Assembly: GCA_964404925.1 (NCBI GenBank)
Contig: CAYOLW010000003.1
Span: 575-64,574, forward strand
From: an uncultured Candidatus Saccharibacteria bacterium
GTDB taxonomy: Bacteria > Patescibacteriota > Minisyncoccia > Phycocordibacterales > UBA9973
DNA: 64,000 bases
Direction: 5' to 3'
Shown here piece by piece: positions 38,408 through 47,505 of this stretch. Position numbers and translations under genes: made by a program. Every line of letters starts with the position of its first letter. Within the stretch, counting starts at the first letter, position 1. The notes under the pieces were generated by a model that was not told the origin of the DNA, searched no databases, and saw only the letters and a list, made by a program, of their open reading frames with translations.

Positions 38408-38891
38408 TAATTATCCCAGTGGCACCTATTGTTATTGTTTTAGTTGCGTTTGGTACAGCCACAGTTATTGTACCAGTCTTGTTGGGCACACCAGTCAGCC
38501 TAGAAAAATACACGTCATTACCTCCACCAGATAAACTTATATTTGAAATATATGCAGGTAAAGCAATATTTATAGTTTCATCAGTACCAGATGGATAACT
38601 AGAGCCTTTAAATATTATAAGGGCATTGGTACTAAAATGCACGCCATAAGTCGAAGAATCTATTGAAGCAAGTGTTTGAGAGTTTGCTTTTTTTAATACA
38701 GAAATTATTTCAGTAGTTGCTGATTGAAGAGATTGACGATTGCGTAAGGTAGAAAAACTTGTCAAAACGACGGCCAGTATAACTAACAAAATTACTACAG
38801 CAACAAGAATCTCAATTAGAGAGACACCCTGTAGTTTTGACTTATTAATCATGGTCAAATTATAACTTGATTTAACTTTTTTACCAAGCAA
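38397..38891 (-). CDS. type IV (pre)pilin
   Basis: ...KSKLQG|VSLIEILVAVVILLVILAVV (Gly-1, Glu+5). 164 aa. Confidence 0.8.
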   Translation of the reverse strand: MLGKKVKSSYNLTMINKSKLQGVSLIEILVAVVILLVILAVVLTSFSTLRNRQSLQSATTEIISVLKKANSQTLASIDSSTYGVHFSTNALIIFKGSSYPSGTDETINIALPAYISNISLSGGGNDVYFSRLTGVPNKTGTITVAVPNATKTITIGATGIISVN

Positions 38892-40109
38892 TTAAATACT
38901 GTCTAGAACACTGTAAAGTGGTGTAATCATTGAGATAGCAAAAAAACCAACAGCTGCACCAATAAAAACCATGAGTATTGGTTCAATGACAGTCGATAGA
39001 TTTTTTGTTTTGTTTTCTATTTCAGTTTCATAATATGTAGCTATTTGAACAAGCATCTCAGATAATTTACCTGTTTCTTCACCAACTTGAATCATTTCAG
39101 ACATCATTATCGGGTACAGTTTAACATTTTCTTCAAAAACTTTAGAAAAAGGTGCACCTTTTTCTACCTGGTCACGAGATTCAGTAAGGACCCTTTTATA
39201 GTATATATTTTGTACCACGTCTCGGGTTATTTCTATAGCTCTAGTGATAGCCACACCTGATACTAAAAGCGAGGCTAATGTTCGGGCTGTTCGAGCGGTA
39301 TTTAATTCTTTAGCAATATTGCCAACTATAGGGATTCTAATAACGATATAATCTAAATAAGGCTTCATGAATGAAGCACGCAATAAAAAAACGACACTTA
39401 CGATTAAAAAAACAACAACCCCAAATGCCAGAATTGGACTCTGTGAAACAAAATTAGCTATATTGATTACAAATTGAGTTGAAGCGGGTAATTTGGCATT
39501 AAGTTCATCGAAGGTTTTAGCTAAAGTTGGTACAACAAAAATAAACATAAGGACACCAATAATCAACATAGCAGACATAATAACACCAGGATAAATCAAT
39601 GCTCCTTTTACTTTTTTTGTTAGAGCATTTGCCTTGTCTAAATTTTGACCAACTTCATTTAGAGACTCAGCCAAATTACCAGATTCCTCCCCTGCTCTAG
39701 CCATGGATATAAACAAAGGTGAAAAAACTTTTGGATATTTAGCAAGACCAGATGATAGAGTGCCTCCAGCATTTATTTCAGCCGACAAAGAAACTAATAT
39801 GTCATTTAACTTTTTATTTTTTGTTTGTTTTTGAAGAACAGAGAGGGCCCGAGACAAAGACAGTCCAGCCTTGATCATCCCACTTAAGTTCTTGGTCATA
39901 AGAACCAAATCTCCTGTTTTTACACTACCGAATATATTACCAAAGTTAGCCAAAAACTTATCCATACCTGCCTTGTGTTTTATTTCTATAGAAATAGGAA
40001 TATTACCACGAGAATGGAGTTCTCTGGAAACAGAAAATTTATCAAGTGATTCGATCTCGCCTGAAATTATTTCCCCTGTTTTTAGTTTTGCTTTATATGT
40101 AAATAACAT
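38892..40109 (-). CDS. pilC: type IV pilus platform protein PilC (GspF family)
   Basis: 405 aa, two T2SSF-type repeats with 3 TM segments. Directly downstream of the PilB ATPase. Confidence 0.85.
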   Translation of the reverse strand: MLFTYKAKLKTGEIISGEIESLDKFSVSRELHSRGNIPISIEIKHKAGMDKFLANFGNIFGSVKTGDLVLMTKNLSGMIKAGLSLSRALSVLQKQTKNKKLNDILVSLSAEINAGGTLSSGLAKYPKVFSPLFISMARAGEESGNLAESLNEVGQNLDKANALTKKVKGALIYPGVIMSAMLIIGVLMFIFVVPTLAKTFDELNAKLPASTQFVINIANFVSQSPILAFGVVVFLIVSVVFLLRASFMKPYLDYIVIRIPIVGNIAKELNTARTARTLASLLVSGVAITRAIEITRDVVQNIYYKRVLTESRDQVEKGAPFSKVFEENVKLYPIMMSEMIQVGEETGKLSEMLVQIATYYETEIENKTKNLSTVIEPILMVFIGAAVGFFAISMITPLYSVLDSI

Positions 40110-40118
40110 TTTATTCTT

Positions 40119-41867
40119 TTATTCTGAAACAACTCTGAATACTTCCTCTATAGTAGTATTACCTAAAACACATTGAAATATACCATCCTCAATCATAGTC
40201 ATCATTCCTTCTTTTTTAGCTTGCACTTCTATATCATCCTGAGAAGCACCTTTACTGATAAGTTCACGAATAGTCGTGCTGACTTTTAACACTTCATGAA
40301 TACCAACACGACTATGATAACCATCTTCTGATTCATCATTCTTTACTGCTTTAAAGAAAGGAACTTTTTCCCAAGTAGTTTTTTCATCAATAAGTTTTTC
40401 TTTTTTCAAAAAAGACATCATACGGTCTAAATCTACTAGTTTGCTCAGATTTTTTATCTCAGCTGGAGATAAAAAATACTGTTCTTTAATTTTTGTTAAT
40501 CGACGAACCAATCGCTGCGCAATAATCGTCTTTACAGTCGAAACAATCAAAAAAGGTAGTACACCCATATCTATCATTCTAGGTATTGCGCCTGCAGCAG
40601 AATTAGTGTGGATAGTGGACAAAACTAAGTGTCCAGTCAAAGATGCATTCACTGCTAAACTAGCCGTCTCTGTGTCTCGTATTTCACCAACCATGATTAT
40701 GTCGGGATCTTGACGTAGTAGACTACGCAGACCATTAGCAAAAGTTAATCCAATTTCAGGCTTTACTTGAGTTTGATTGACGCGTGGCATTTGATATTCA
40801 ACAGGGTCTTCAACTGTTGAAATATTTACGTCTGGTTTATTAAGGATCTCAAGCATAGTATATAAAGTCGTAGTTTTACCACTACCAGTAGGTCCAGTTG
40901 CCAAAATCATTCCTGTTTTTTGTCGCATGGATTCATATATCCTTTCTAGACCTTCACCATGAAAACCAAGCCCTTCAAGTGAAAAACCTCCCCCTCCCTC
41001 ATGCAAAATACGCATTACGGTCTTCTCTCCAAAAAAGGTTGGCAACGTTGAAACACGGAATGAAACCTTATCACCGTTTTGATCAATTTTGAAACGACCA
41101 TCTTGTGGTAAACGCTTCTCATCAAGTTTAAGGTTAGAAAGTACTTTAATACGGGCAGTAATACCTGAGGAAGCAGATTTATCTAGTATCATTGCTTCAT
41201 GTAACAAACCATCAATACGGTATCTAACAATTAGATCATGTTCTCCCGGTTCAATGTGAATGTCAGAAGCATTTTGCAAAATTGCGTGAAAAATAAGAGA
41301 ATCAACTATTTTGACCACCGGCAAATCTTCAGCCATTTTTTTTAACTCTTCTTCAGATTTTTCTCCCACATCCTCTTTTGAGATAGATAGCGATGCAACT
41401 TCTTTTTGTATTAAATTATCGAATTCTGCCTGTAGGCTACGCTTGTATTGCAAAAGGGAAGATTTTATTGAAGCAACATCAGTTAACCTTGGTAATATCC
41501 TAAGCTCAGATTTCTTTTTCACGAAATCTATAACAGACAAATTATCAACGTCGAGCATTGCAACTTCTAGTCCTTTGTCACTTTTTTTATAAGCAATAAT
41601 ATTGTATTTACGAGCTAATGGTTCCGGAATTAGAGACAGTATATTGAAATCAATTTTTTCGTTTACTAAGCTAACATATGGAATACCCAACACAAAAGCC
41701 TCCATTCTTTTTAAATCGTTTTCAGAAATTTTACCTTCAGACAAAAGAAGGTCAGTGAACTTTTCTTTTTTCTCGGCAGCTTTTTTACCAAGCTGGTCTA
41801 AAACATCACCATTTACCAAACCAGCATCGAGTATATATTTTTTTAGTTGTTCTTCGTTAACTTGCAC
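40119..41867 (-). CDS. pilB: type IV pilus assembly ATPase PilB (GspE family)
   Basis: N-terminal GSPII_E_N-like domain, Walker A GPTGSGKTTTLY, Asp box, Walker B/His box (VGEIRD...), no tetracysteine at the end. 582 aa. Confidence 0.9.
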   Translation of the reverse strand: MQVNEEQLKKYILDAGLVNGDVLDQLGKKAAEKKEKFTDLLLSEGKISENDLKRMEAFVLGIPYVSLVNEKIDFNILSLIPEPLARKYNIIAYKKSDKGLEVAMLDVDNLSVIDFVKKKSELRILPRLTDVASIKSSLLQYKRSLQAEFDNLIQKEVASLSISKEDVGEKSEEELKKMAEDLPVVKIVDSLIFHAILQNASDIHIEPGEHDLIVRYRIDGLLHEAMILDKSASSGITARIKVLSNLKLDEKRLPQDGRFKIDQNGDKVSFRVSTLPTFFGEKTVMRILHEGGGGFSLEGLGFHGEGLERIYESMRQKTGMILATGPTGSGKTTTLYTMLEILNKPDVNISTVEDPVEYQMPRVNQTQVKPEIGLTFANGLRSLLRQDPDIIMVGEIRDTETASLAVNASLTGHLVLSTIHTNSAAGAIPRMIDMGVLPFLIVSTVKTIIAQRLVRRLTKIKEQYFLSPAEIKNLSKLVDLDRMMSFLKKEKLIDEKTTWEKVPFFKAVKNDESEDGYHSRVGIHEVLKVSTTIRELISKGASQDDIEVQAKKEGMMTMIEDGIFQCVLGNTTIEEVFRVVSE

Positions 41868-41904
41868 ATAGTAATTATAACAAAATAATACACACTCTCA
41901 AAAC

Positions 41905-41938
41905 AAAAACATCCCGACATAACGTCGGGATGTTTTTA
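41905..41938 (-). terminator. rho-independent terminator after the 815-aa secreted-protein gene (also separates it from the pil operon promoter region)
   Basis: aaaaacatcccgacataacgtcgggatgttttt: 9-bp stem, symmetric A/T runs. Confidence 0.6.
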
Positions 41939-41951
41939 AAAATTCTAAATT

Positions 41952-44399
41952 TTATTGCCACTGACCTGTTAAGTCTGCATGCACTGATGGATTGGCTGCA
42001 TCAACAACTGTAGTTCCAGTAGGAAGTGGTAAATTAAACTTAAATGCACCTGGGTCAGCGGATAAGTTACCAAAAACATAGAATATGTCAGTTCCGGTAT
42101 AAGGCGTACTTTCATTACTGTAACCAGTAGCACCAGTAGATACAATCTTGAATACAGGAAGAACGTTTTGAGGGCTTTGAATTGTTATCGGTTTACTGAA
42201 GTTCACAGTGACTATCATTGATTTAGGGAAATTACCACTATCCCAAACCTTAGTAATTGATAAAACCTTTGGTGCATCAGCATTTTGCACAGTTACAAAA
42301 ACACTGTTTAATGTAAATTGCCCAACCGTGTTAGTGCAACTTAGTTGAAAAATTGTATCCTGTGTTAAGTTATTTATAACAATAGAACCACTTGCAACCT
42401 TCTGCCCCGTCCAAGTAGAAACAGGTGAGCTAGTAGCAGTACAAGGGTTTGAGCCGTTCATATTAGTAGTACTCCAAGTTAATGTAGTGCTACCATTCGT
42501 AACCGGATTAGGGTCTGCAGATAGTGTAATTACTGGATCTGGACCTTGTTGGACTGTTACAATTACAGATTCTGAGATTGAACCTCCTGGACCACTGCAA
42601 TCTATGCTAAATGTTGTATCTGAAGTTAGTGCAGCTTGCGTGTCCCAATTACCACTTGCTGGTCTAGAATAACCTGTAGTTGCCCATCCAGATGAACCAC
42701 CGGTAGATTTACAAGCAGTTACATTTGTAGTTATCCACGTTATTTTTGTTGTACCGTTTGCGTTAGTACTTGAAGTAAGCGACAATGTTGGTTTTATACT
42801 TACAACCACAGAATCAGAAACCATAATACCGTTTGCATTTGTACAATTAATAGTGAAGGTTGTTTGAACATTTAAACCATTAATTGTAGCTGAACCAGCG
42901 GCAACTTCGTGTGCAGTATTCCAAGAAGCTTTGTTTGGCGAACTAGTTCCGAAGCAAGTACTAACATTATTGTTAGTCCAGTACAAACTAAAACTTTCTC
43001 CAGCATCTATAGATAGAGTGTCCACACCCTCTGCTTTTAAATCAACCTCTGACATAATATTTGGAATTGCTACTCCACCATTCTGAAGTGTGTAAATAGC
43101 AATTTTTTTTAGCCCAGGTTCTACTGCTTTTATCCATGCAGCTTCATCAAAACTATGATCATTTTCATCTTCTATAAATACTCCCCATGGATCTGTACCG
43201 TAAAATCCAATGACCTCTGTAGGCCTAAACGTTCCAGTATTTATTTCATTAGAAATTTGTGTAGTAGAAAAATCCTTCGTATTTGGTGTAATGGTAGAAT
43301 TGCTTACCACATAACGCCAAGCGTAATCTTGAGAATAATATTTATTACCTATAATTTCAATTGTACCAATCCAGGCACCTGCCGTTACACCATTATCCCC
43401 TACAGCCAGGGCTAAATTATAATCTTGCGGCAAAGTAAACTTAGTACATTTTTTGTAGTTTTTCCAAGTTGGAATACCATATATTGCTACATTCATGTTT
43501 TTGCAGATAGGTTGTAAATCTGCCACCTTACCATTAGCACCAATTTTATAAGAATATAAAGTAAATACAGCATCAGCAGAAATTTTAAACTCAAAAGGAT
43601 ATCCTGAAAGTGGAATACTCGCATTTGGATTGTTGTAATTAGTCGTTATAGTATTTGACTGCCACCAAGGAGTTGTAGTTGTAGCTAAAATGTTATTGCC
43701 ATTAAGGTAGTAAACAGGCGAAGAAGTAGCAGCTCCAGTGTTAGTAAAATTTTGTGTAAGGTTCTGAGTAAGACCTGAGGTTAGTTGTGATGTGTTTTGT
43801 CCAAAGCTTAAATTCTGACTTTGTGTACTAATGTTTATAGATGAATTTGTGTTTATAGAATTATTAACCAACTGACTGGCGCCTGTTGAATTAACATCGA
43901 TACCAGTATTAGTACTCTGAGTTTGGTTAGTGCTAGACAAAGCTAGTATTGTTGGTTTACTTGCTACGGTCAAAACACTATTTAAGACTTGTTGAGCTGT
44001 TGGATTTAAAGAAGCCTTCCTTAAATTCTGATTTTGGGTTTGATATAAGGAACGCAAATAGGTAAGCGTTTTATTATTTGCAGTACTCAACTTAATACCT
44101 GGATAAATGTTCATGAATTTGAACGTATGTGGTCCAGCAGAACCATCGGGGACCAAACCAGCAAGTTTCTGATAAGCAATAACTGCAGATTTAGTTCCAG
44201 GTCCAAATTTACCATCAACTTTTTTATTATAAAGACCTTGGTTTACTAGATAAGCTTGAAGTGCAGATACTGCTGGACCAAAACTACCAACCTTTAAAAA
44301 CTTTACCCCGGAGTCATTATTCAAAAAAGATGAATCTGTAGCTGCACTGGCAGATATTGAGAGCAAAGAAATAATTAAAATAAAAAGATATTTTTTCAT
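41952..44399 (-). CDS. secreted protein: signal peptide + peptidoglycan-binding domain (PG_binding_1-like) + S/T/N/Q-rich linker + three tandem ~70-aa Cys-pair Ig-like repeats
   Basis: MKKYLFILIISLLSISASA. PGBD: LKVGSFGPAVSALQAYLVNQGLY..DGKFGPGTKSAVIAYQKLAGLVPDG. Ig-like repeats LYWTNNN..C...INCTN, KITWITTNVTAC...IDCSG, TLTWSTTN..C...LSCTN. Confidence 0.6.
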   Translation of the reverse strand: MKKYLFILIISLLSISASAATDSSFLNNDSGVKFLKVGSFGPAVSALQAYLVNQGLYNKKVDGKFGPGTKSAVIAYQKLAGLVPDGSAGPHTFKFMNIYPGIKLSTANNKTLTYLRSLYQTQNQNLRKASLNPTAQQVLNSVLTVASKPTILALSSTNQTQSTNTGIDVNSTGASQLVNNSINTNSSINISTQSQNLSFGQNTSQLTSGLTQNLTQNFTNTGAATSSPVYYLNGNNILATTTTPWWQSNTITTNYNNPNASIPLSGYPFEFKISADAVFTLYSYKIGANGKVADLQPICKNMNVAIYGIPTWKNYKKCTKFTLPQDYNLALAVGDNGVTAGAWIGTIEIIGNKYYSQDYAWRYVVSNSTITPNTKDFSTTQISNEINTGTFRPTEVIGFYGTDPWGVFIEDENDHSFDEAAWIKAVEPGLKKIAIYTLQNGGVAIPNIMSEVDLKAEGVDTLSIDAGESFSLYWTNNNVSTCFGTSSPNKASWNTAHEVAAGSATINGLNVQTTFTINCTNANGIMVSDSVVVSIKPTLSLTSSTNANGTTKITWITTNVTACKSTGGSSGWATTGYSRPASGNWDTQAALTSDTTFSIDCSGPGGSISESVIVTVQQGPDPVITLSADPNPVTNGSTTLTWSTTNMNGSNPCTATSSPVSTWTGQKVASGSIVINNLTQDTIFQLSCTNTVGQFTLNSVFVTVQNADAPKVLSITKVWDSGNFPKSMIVTVNFSKPITIQSPQNVLPVFKIVSTGATGYSNESTPYTGTDIFYVFGNLSADPGAFKFNLPLPTGTTVVDAANPSVHADLTGQWQ

Positions 44400-44426
44400 T
44401 GTCTAATGATTAATGCTAATAATAAA

Positions 44427-47400
44427 TTAGTGAGTATGCTGGTATAAAGAATTAATAGCAGCTATATCAATAGAACTTGGGTGCAAATTGTCTAATGTAC
44501 CAAAATTCGTATTTGGGTGACTTGGAAAACTATGAGTACCTCCGCCTGGAGCTCTTGAATAATCAGAACATGTGCCAAGGTTCATATTATAGTTATTTAC
44601 ATCTGCATGACCCATACCGATCGAGTGTCCTAATTCATGACACACTAAAAACTGTATATAATCTGGGGTGTTTAAATTAAGTTCGTCCATTTTCTTTTTA
44701 TTAAAACCAACTTCTGTTTGGTATTGATGTCCGCCACTTGCTGGATACCACCAAGCTGCACCTATCCATTGAGCTGGGCTTACACCATCGTCATCCTTAA
44801 AATCATCTCTATAATGTATAGGTACAGTATAACCTGGCCCACCTAAAGATATTTTTAACTTGCGCGCAAGGTTCCAGTCCTTCTTAGTTTGAATCAAATA
44901 TTCTTCCCAAGAAGCAGGTACACTCACGTTTTGCCAATTTACTAGAACTGGTTTACCTGAACCTGGCACATGATCTATAACTGGTTGTTGATGGTTTGTA
45001 CCAGGAGATAAAATACCGCCTTCACAGCTTCCACCGGTATCTACTGAATCTTCATTGCCATTTTTTATACCGTCACTACAAGTACCGTCTGATACAGGAG
45101 GTGTGCCACTACCCCCTCCCCCATTAGAGTTTTCTGAATCATCACTTGATGATGAACATCCAGGATCTACTGGGTAGTCTGTTTTTCCATCAGCATCGTT
45201 ATCTATTCCATCTGAACACTGTTTAGGAAGGATTATTCCACCAGGATTTACACCAGTCGATCCATTAACACTTTTTACTGTACCATCTGGACCGATTACA
45301 CCAATAAATCCATTACCGTAAGAAGGCATAGTACATTTTGGTAGGTTCGGATCATTTAATTTAGACCAGTCAAAAGAATAGTATTTCTTGCCATCAGGAG
45401 ACAAAGTAAATATTTTGTCTTTATTTAGAATCTCTAATGATAAATTTATATTTTCATCAATAAGAACGGACGGTATTGCGTTAGCAGGTATACCATCATT
45501 GTCCTTTTGTACATAAGAGAAATAAAGTCCGCTTTTTCCAGCTCCATCTAAAATTTTCATAGTTGGGTATGGCCCAGCTATATTAGGAATTTGATATTTT
45601 AAAGTAGGAGTGACATCCTTTACCCAAAATATTTTGTCTGTGCCTATTATTACCCTAACACTAGAAAGTGTAGGTGAAACTTTTGTACTTGTAATTCTTT
45701 TACAATAAACCTGACCGATGTCAGAGGCCGTGCCTACACCACCATCAGTTGGAGTTAGCGCTTGTGAAGCTTGAGCTACTTGAGATGATCCTACTTGGGC
45801 TAATGATTGAAACGCACTACTCAGTGTATCACTGAAACTATTGTTACTTGTACTAGTAACAGATGCGGATTCTGGCATGGTATGTGTATGCACAACAAAT
45901 GATCTTGGTTTTCCACGTGAATCCGTACCATAATTCTTGACATACCATTGGCTTGTAGGTGAATCTATAACCGCCTGACCCCAAGTTTTTGGCTTATTTA
46001 TATCGAACTGTTTTTTAATTACAGTTGTAATAAAACTTTGATTTTCTTGCTCATAAGCAGTATTTCGAATGTTAATAACATTATTCAATAAAGAAACATT
46101 GCTTGATTTCTTGTCTAATTCTTTCTGCAAAGCTTCGAAAGTTGCCCGGCCAATAACTCCATCTGGGGTTAGATTTTTATCTTTCTGGAAATCAATGATT
46201 TCATTTTTTGTTTGAGTGCCGAATACACCATCAGCTGAAACAGCATAATTGAGTGTAACTAAAGCCTTTTGTACTTCTTTTACTAAGCTACGATCTGTTT
46301 CTTGTGGTTTTATTACACCTAAATATTTGTTGGAATCTTCTTCGTTGAATGAAAGACCGTTAGGGCAAAGTGCTCCTGTGGCTTTAGCCGTCTTCAAATT
46401 CACAACCTTACCTTCCAGGCAAACTTCATCACTCAATGTAGCTGCAATTTGACTTTGATTATTAGAACTAGCACCCCCACAAGCATTTGTTCTATTCCAC
46501 CAGGACTGATCTGTTACGCTTGTGTTACCGTTCTCATCAACATACACAGACGGGCAATTCCCTACTTGCGTAGTGCCACCAGCACGAGCAGCTAATACAC
46601 CTTCTAAATCAAGAGTACCTGAATCTATTTGTGCAACCTCATCTAAGCTAAGTAAATAACATTGGTTCACTCCGTCTTTTACGCCACACACATATTTAGT
46701 ATTAACTGTACTAATAGGAGAACTAAAATTAGTGTTAAAATTAGACCCATTGGTTCCAGACTGAGCACCTGAAGCGGCAACGTTATATATACCCACATTT
46801 GAAAAGACTGAAAAATTAGATTTTGGTTTGGATGTTATTTTTTTAGCAGCAGTTGAGGTGTCTAGCACCAAACCAGACTGTGGTTTGAGTGCCCGGGTTA
46901 ACACATTTTTTGGTAGAGATGGTATAGATATTTTATTTGTACTACCAGAAACATTGTTAGTATTAGTACCTGTTGTAACCACAGCCTCTCCCTTAGACAA
47001 AGATTCAATGTAACTCATTGTCCTTGGCCCAGCTACACCGTCGGCTGTTAACTGTCCATTAGTTGTAGACTGAAATGCCTTCACAGCTTCCTTGGTTTTT
47101 GGACCATATACACCATCAATAGATCCATTATAAATTCTCTGGTTGTATAAGAAAGCTTGCAGGAGTACAACTTCTTGTTTAGCTACCGCCCCTGGTTTTA
47201 ATACAGAGTCAGTACTAACAGATGTATTCTGATCAGAAATTTCTGTATTGATTTTTATCTTTGGGACCACCACCTTTTGCACAGTAGAAGCAGTTGTTAA
47301 TTGAGCTGTTTCTGTTGAATGTGCACCCACTATATACGGTGCCAAAACCAACACAAGGACGACAATAAAAATTAAATATCTTTGCATGGATTGATAATAA

Positions 47401-47438
47401 ATGTTTAATAATAATACTTTACAGGTATTATACCCCAC
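44427..47438 (-). CDS. secreted multi-domain protein: 2x peptidoglycan-binding domain + Asp-rich Cys-bracketed (TSP3/calcium-binding-like) repeats + C-terminal metzincin zinc protease domain
   Basis: PGBDs (LLQAFLYNQRIY.GSIDGVYGPKTKEAVKAFQ; VQKALVTLNYAVSADGVFGTQTKNEIIDFQ). CSDGIDNDADGKTDYPVDPGC and GTCSDGIKNGNEDSVDTGGSC. HELGHSIGMGH = HExxHxxGxxH. True start probably at 47387 (MQRYLIFIVV signal peptide). Confidence 0.65.
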   Translation of the reverse strand: MGYNTCKVLLLNIYYQSMQRYLIFIVVLVLVLAPYIVGAHSTETAQLTTASTVQKVVVPKIKINTEISDQNTSVSTDSVLKPGAVAKQEVVLLQAFLYNQRIYNGSIDGVYGPKTKEAVKAFQSTTNGQLTADGVAGPRTMSYIESLSKGEAVVTTGTNTNNVSGSTNKISIPSLPKNVLTRALKPQSGLVLDTSTAAKKITSKPKSNFSVFSNVGIYNVAASGAQSGTNGSNFNTNFSSPISTVNTKYVCGVKDGVNQCYLLSLDEVAQIDSGTLDLEGVLAARAGGTTQVGNCPSVYVDENGNTSVTDQSWWNRTNACGGASSNNQSQIAATLSDEVCLEGKVVNLKTAKATGALCPNGLSFNEEDSNKYLGVIKPQETDRSLVKEVQKALVTLNYAVSADGVFGTQTKNEIIDFQKDKNLTPDGVIGRATFEALQKELDKKSSNVSLLNNVINIRNTAYEQENQSFITTVIKKQFDINKPKTWGQAVIDSPTSQWYVKNYGTDSRGKPRSFVVHTHTMPESASVTSTSNNSFSDTLSSAFQSLAQVGSSQVAQASQALTPTDGGVGTASDIGQVYCKRITSTKVSPTLSSVRVIIGTDKIFWVKDVTPTLKYQIPNIAGPYPTMKILDGAGKSGLYFSYVQKDNDGIPANAIPSVLIDENINLSLEILNKDKIFTLSPDGKKYYSFDWSKLNDPNLPKCTMPSYGNGFIGVIGPDGTVKSVNGSTGVNPGGIILPKQCSDGIDNDADGKTDYPVDPGCSSSSDDSENSNGGGGSGTPPVSDGTCSDGIKNGNEDSVDTGGSCEGGILSPGTNHQQPVIDHVPGSGKPVLVNWQNVSVPASWEEYLIQTKKDWNLARKLKISLGGPGYTVPIHYRDDFKDDDGVSPAQWIGAAWWYPASGGHQYQTEVGFNKKKMDELNLNTPDYIQFLVCHELGHSIGMGHADVNNYNMNLGTCSDYSRAPGGGTHSFPSHPNTNFGTLDNLHPSSIDIAAINSLYQHTH

Positions 47439-47505
47439 TACCCAAAGAAAAACACCCTGAGGAGAGTCCAGAGTGTTTCCTTGTGTGTCCTTATATATTT
47501 ATATT

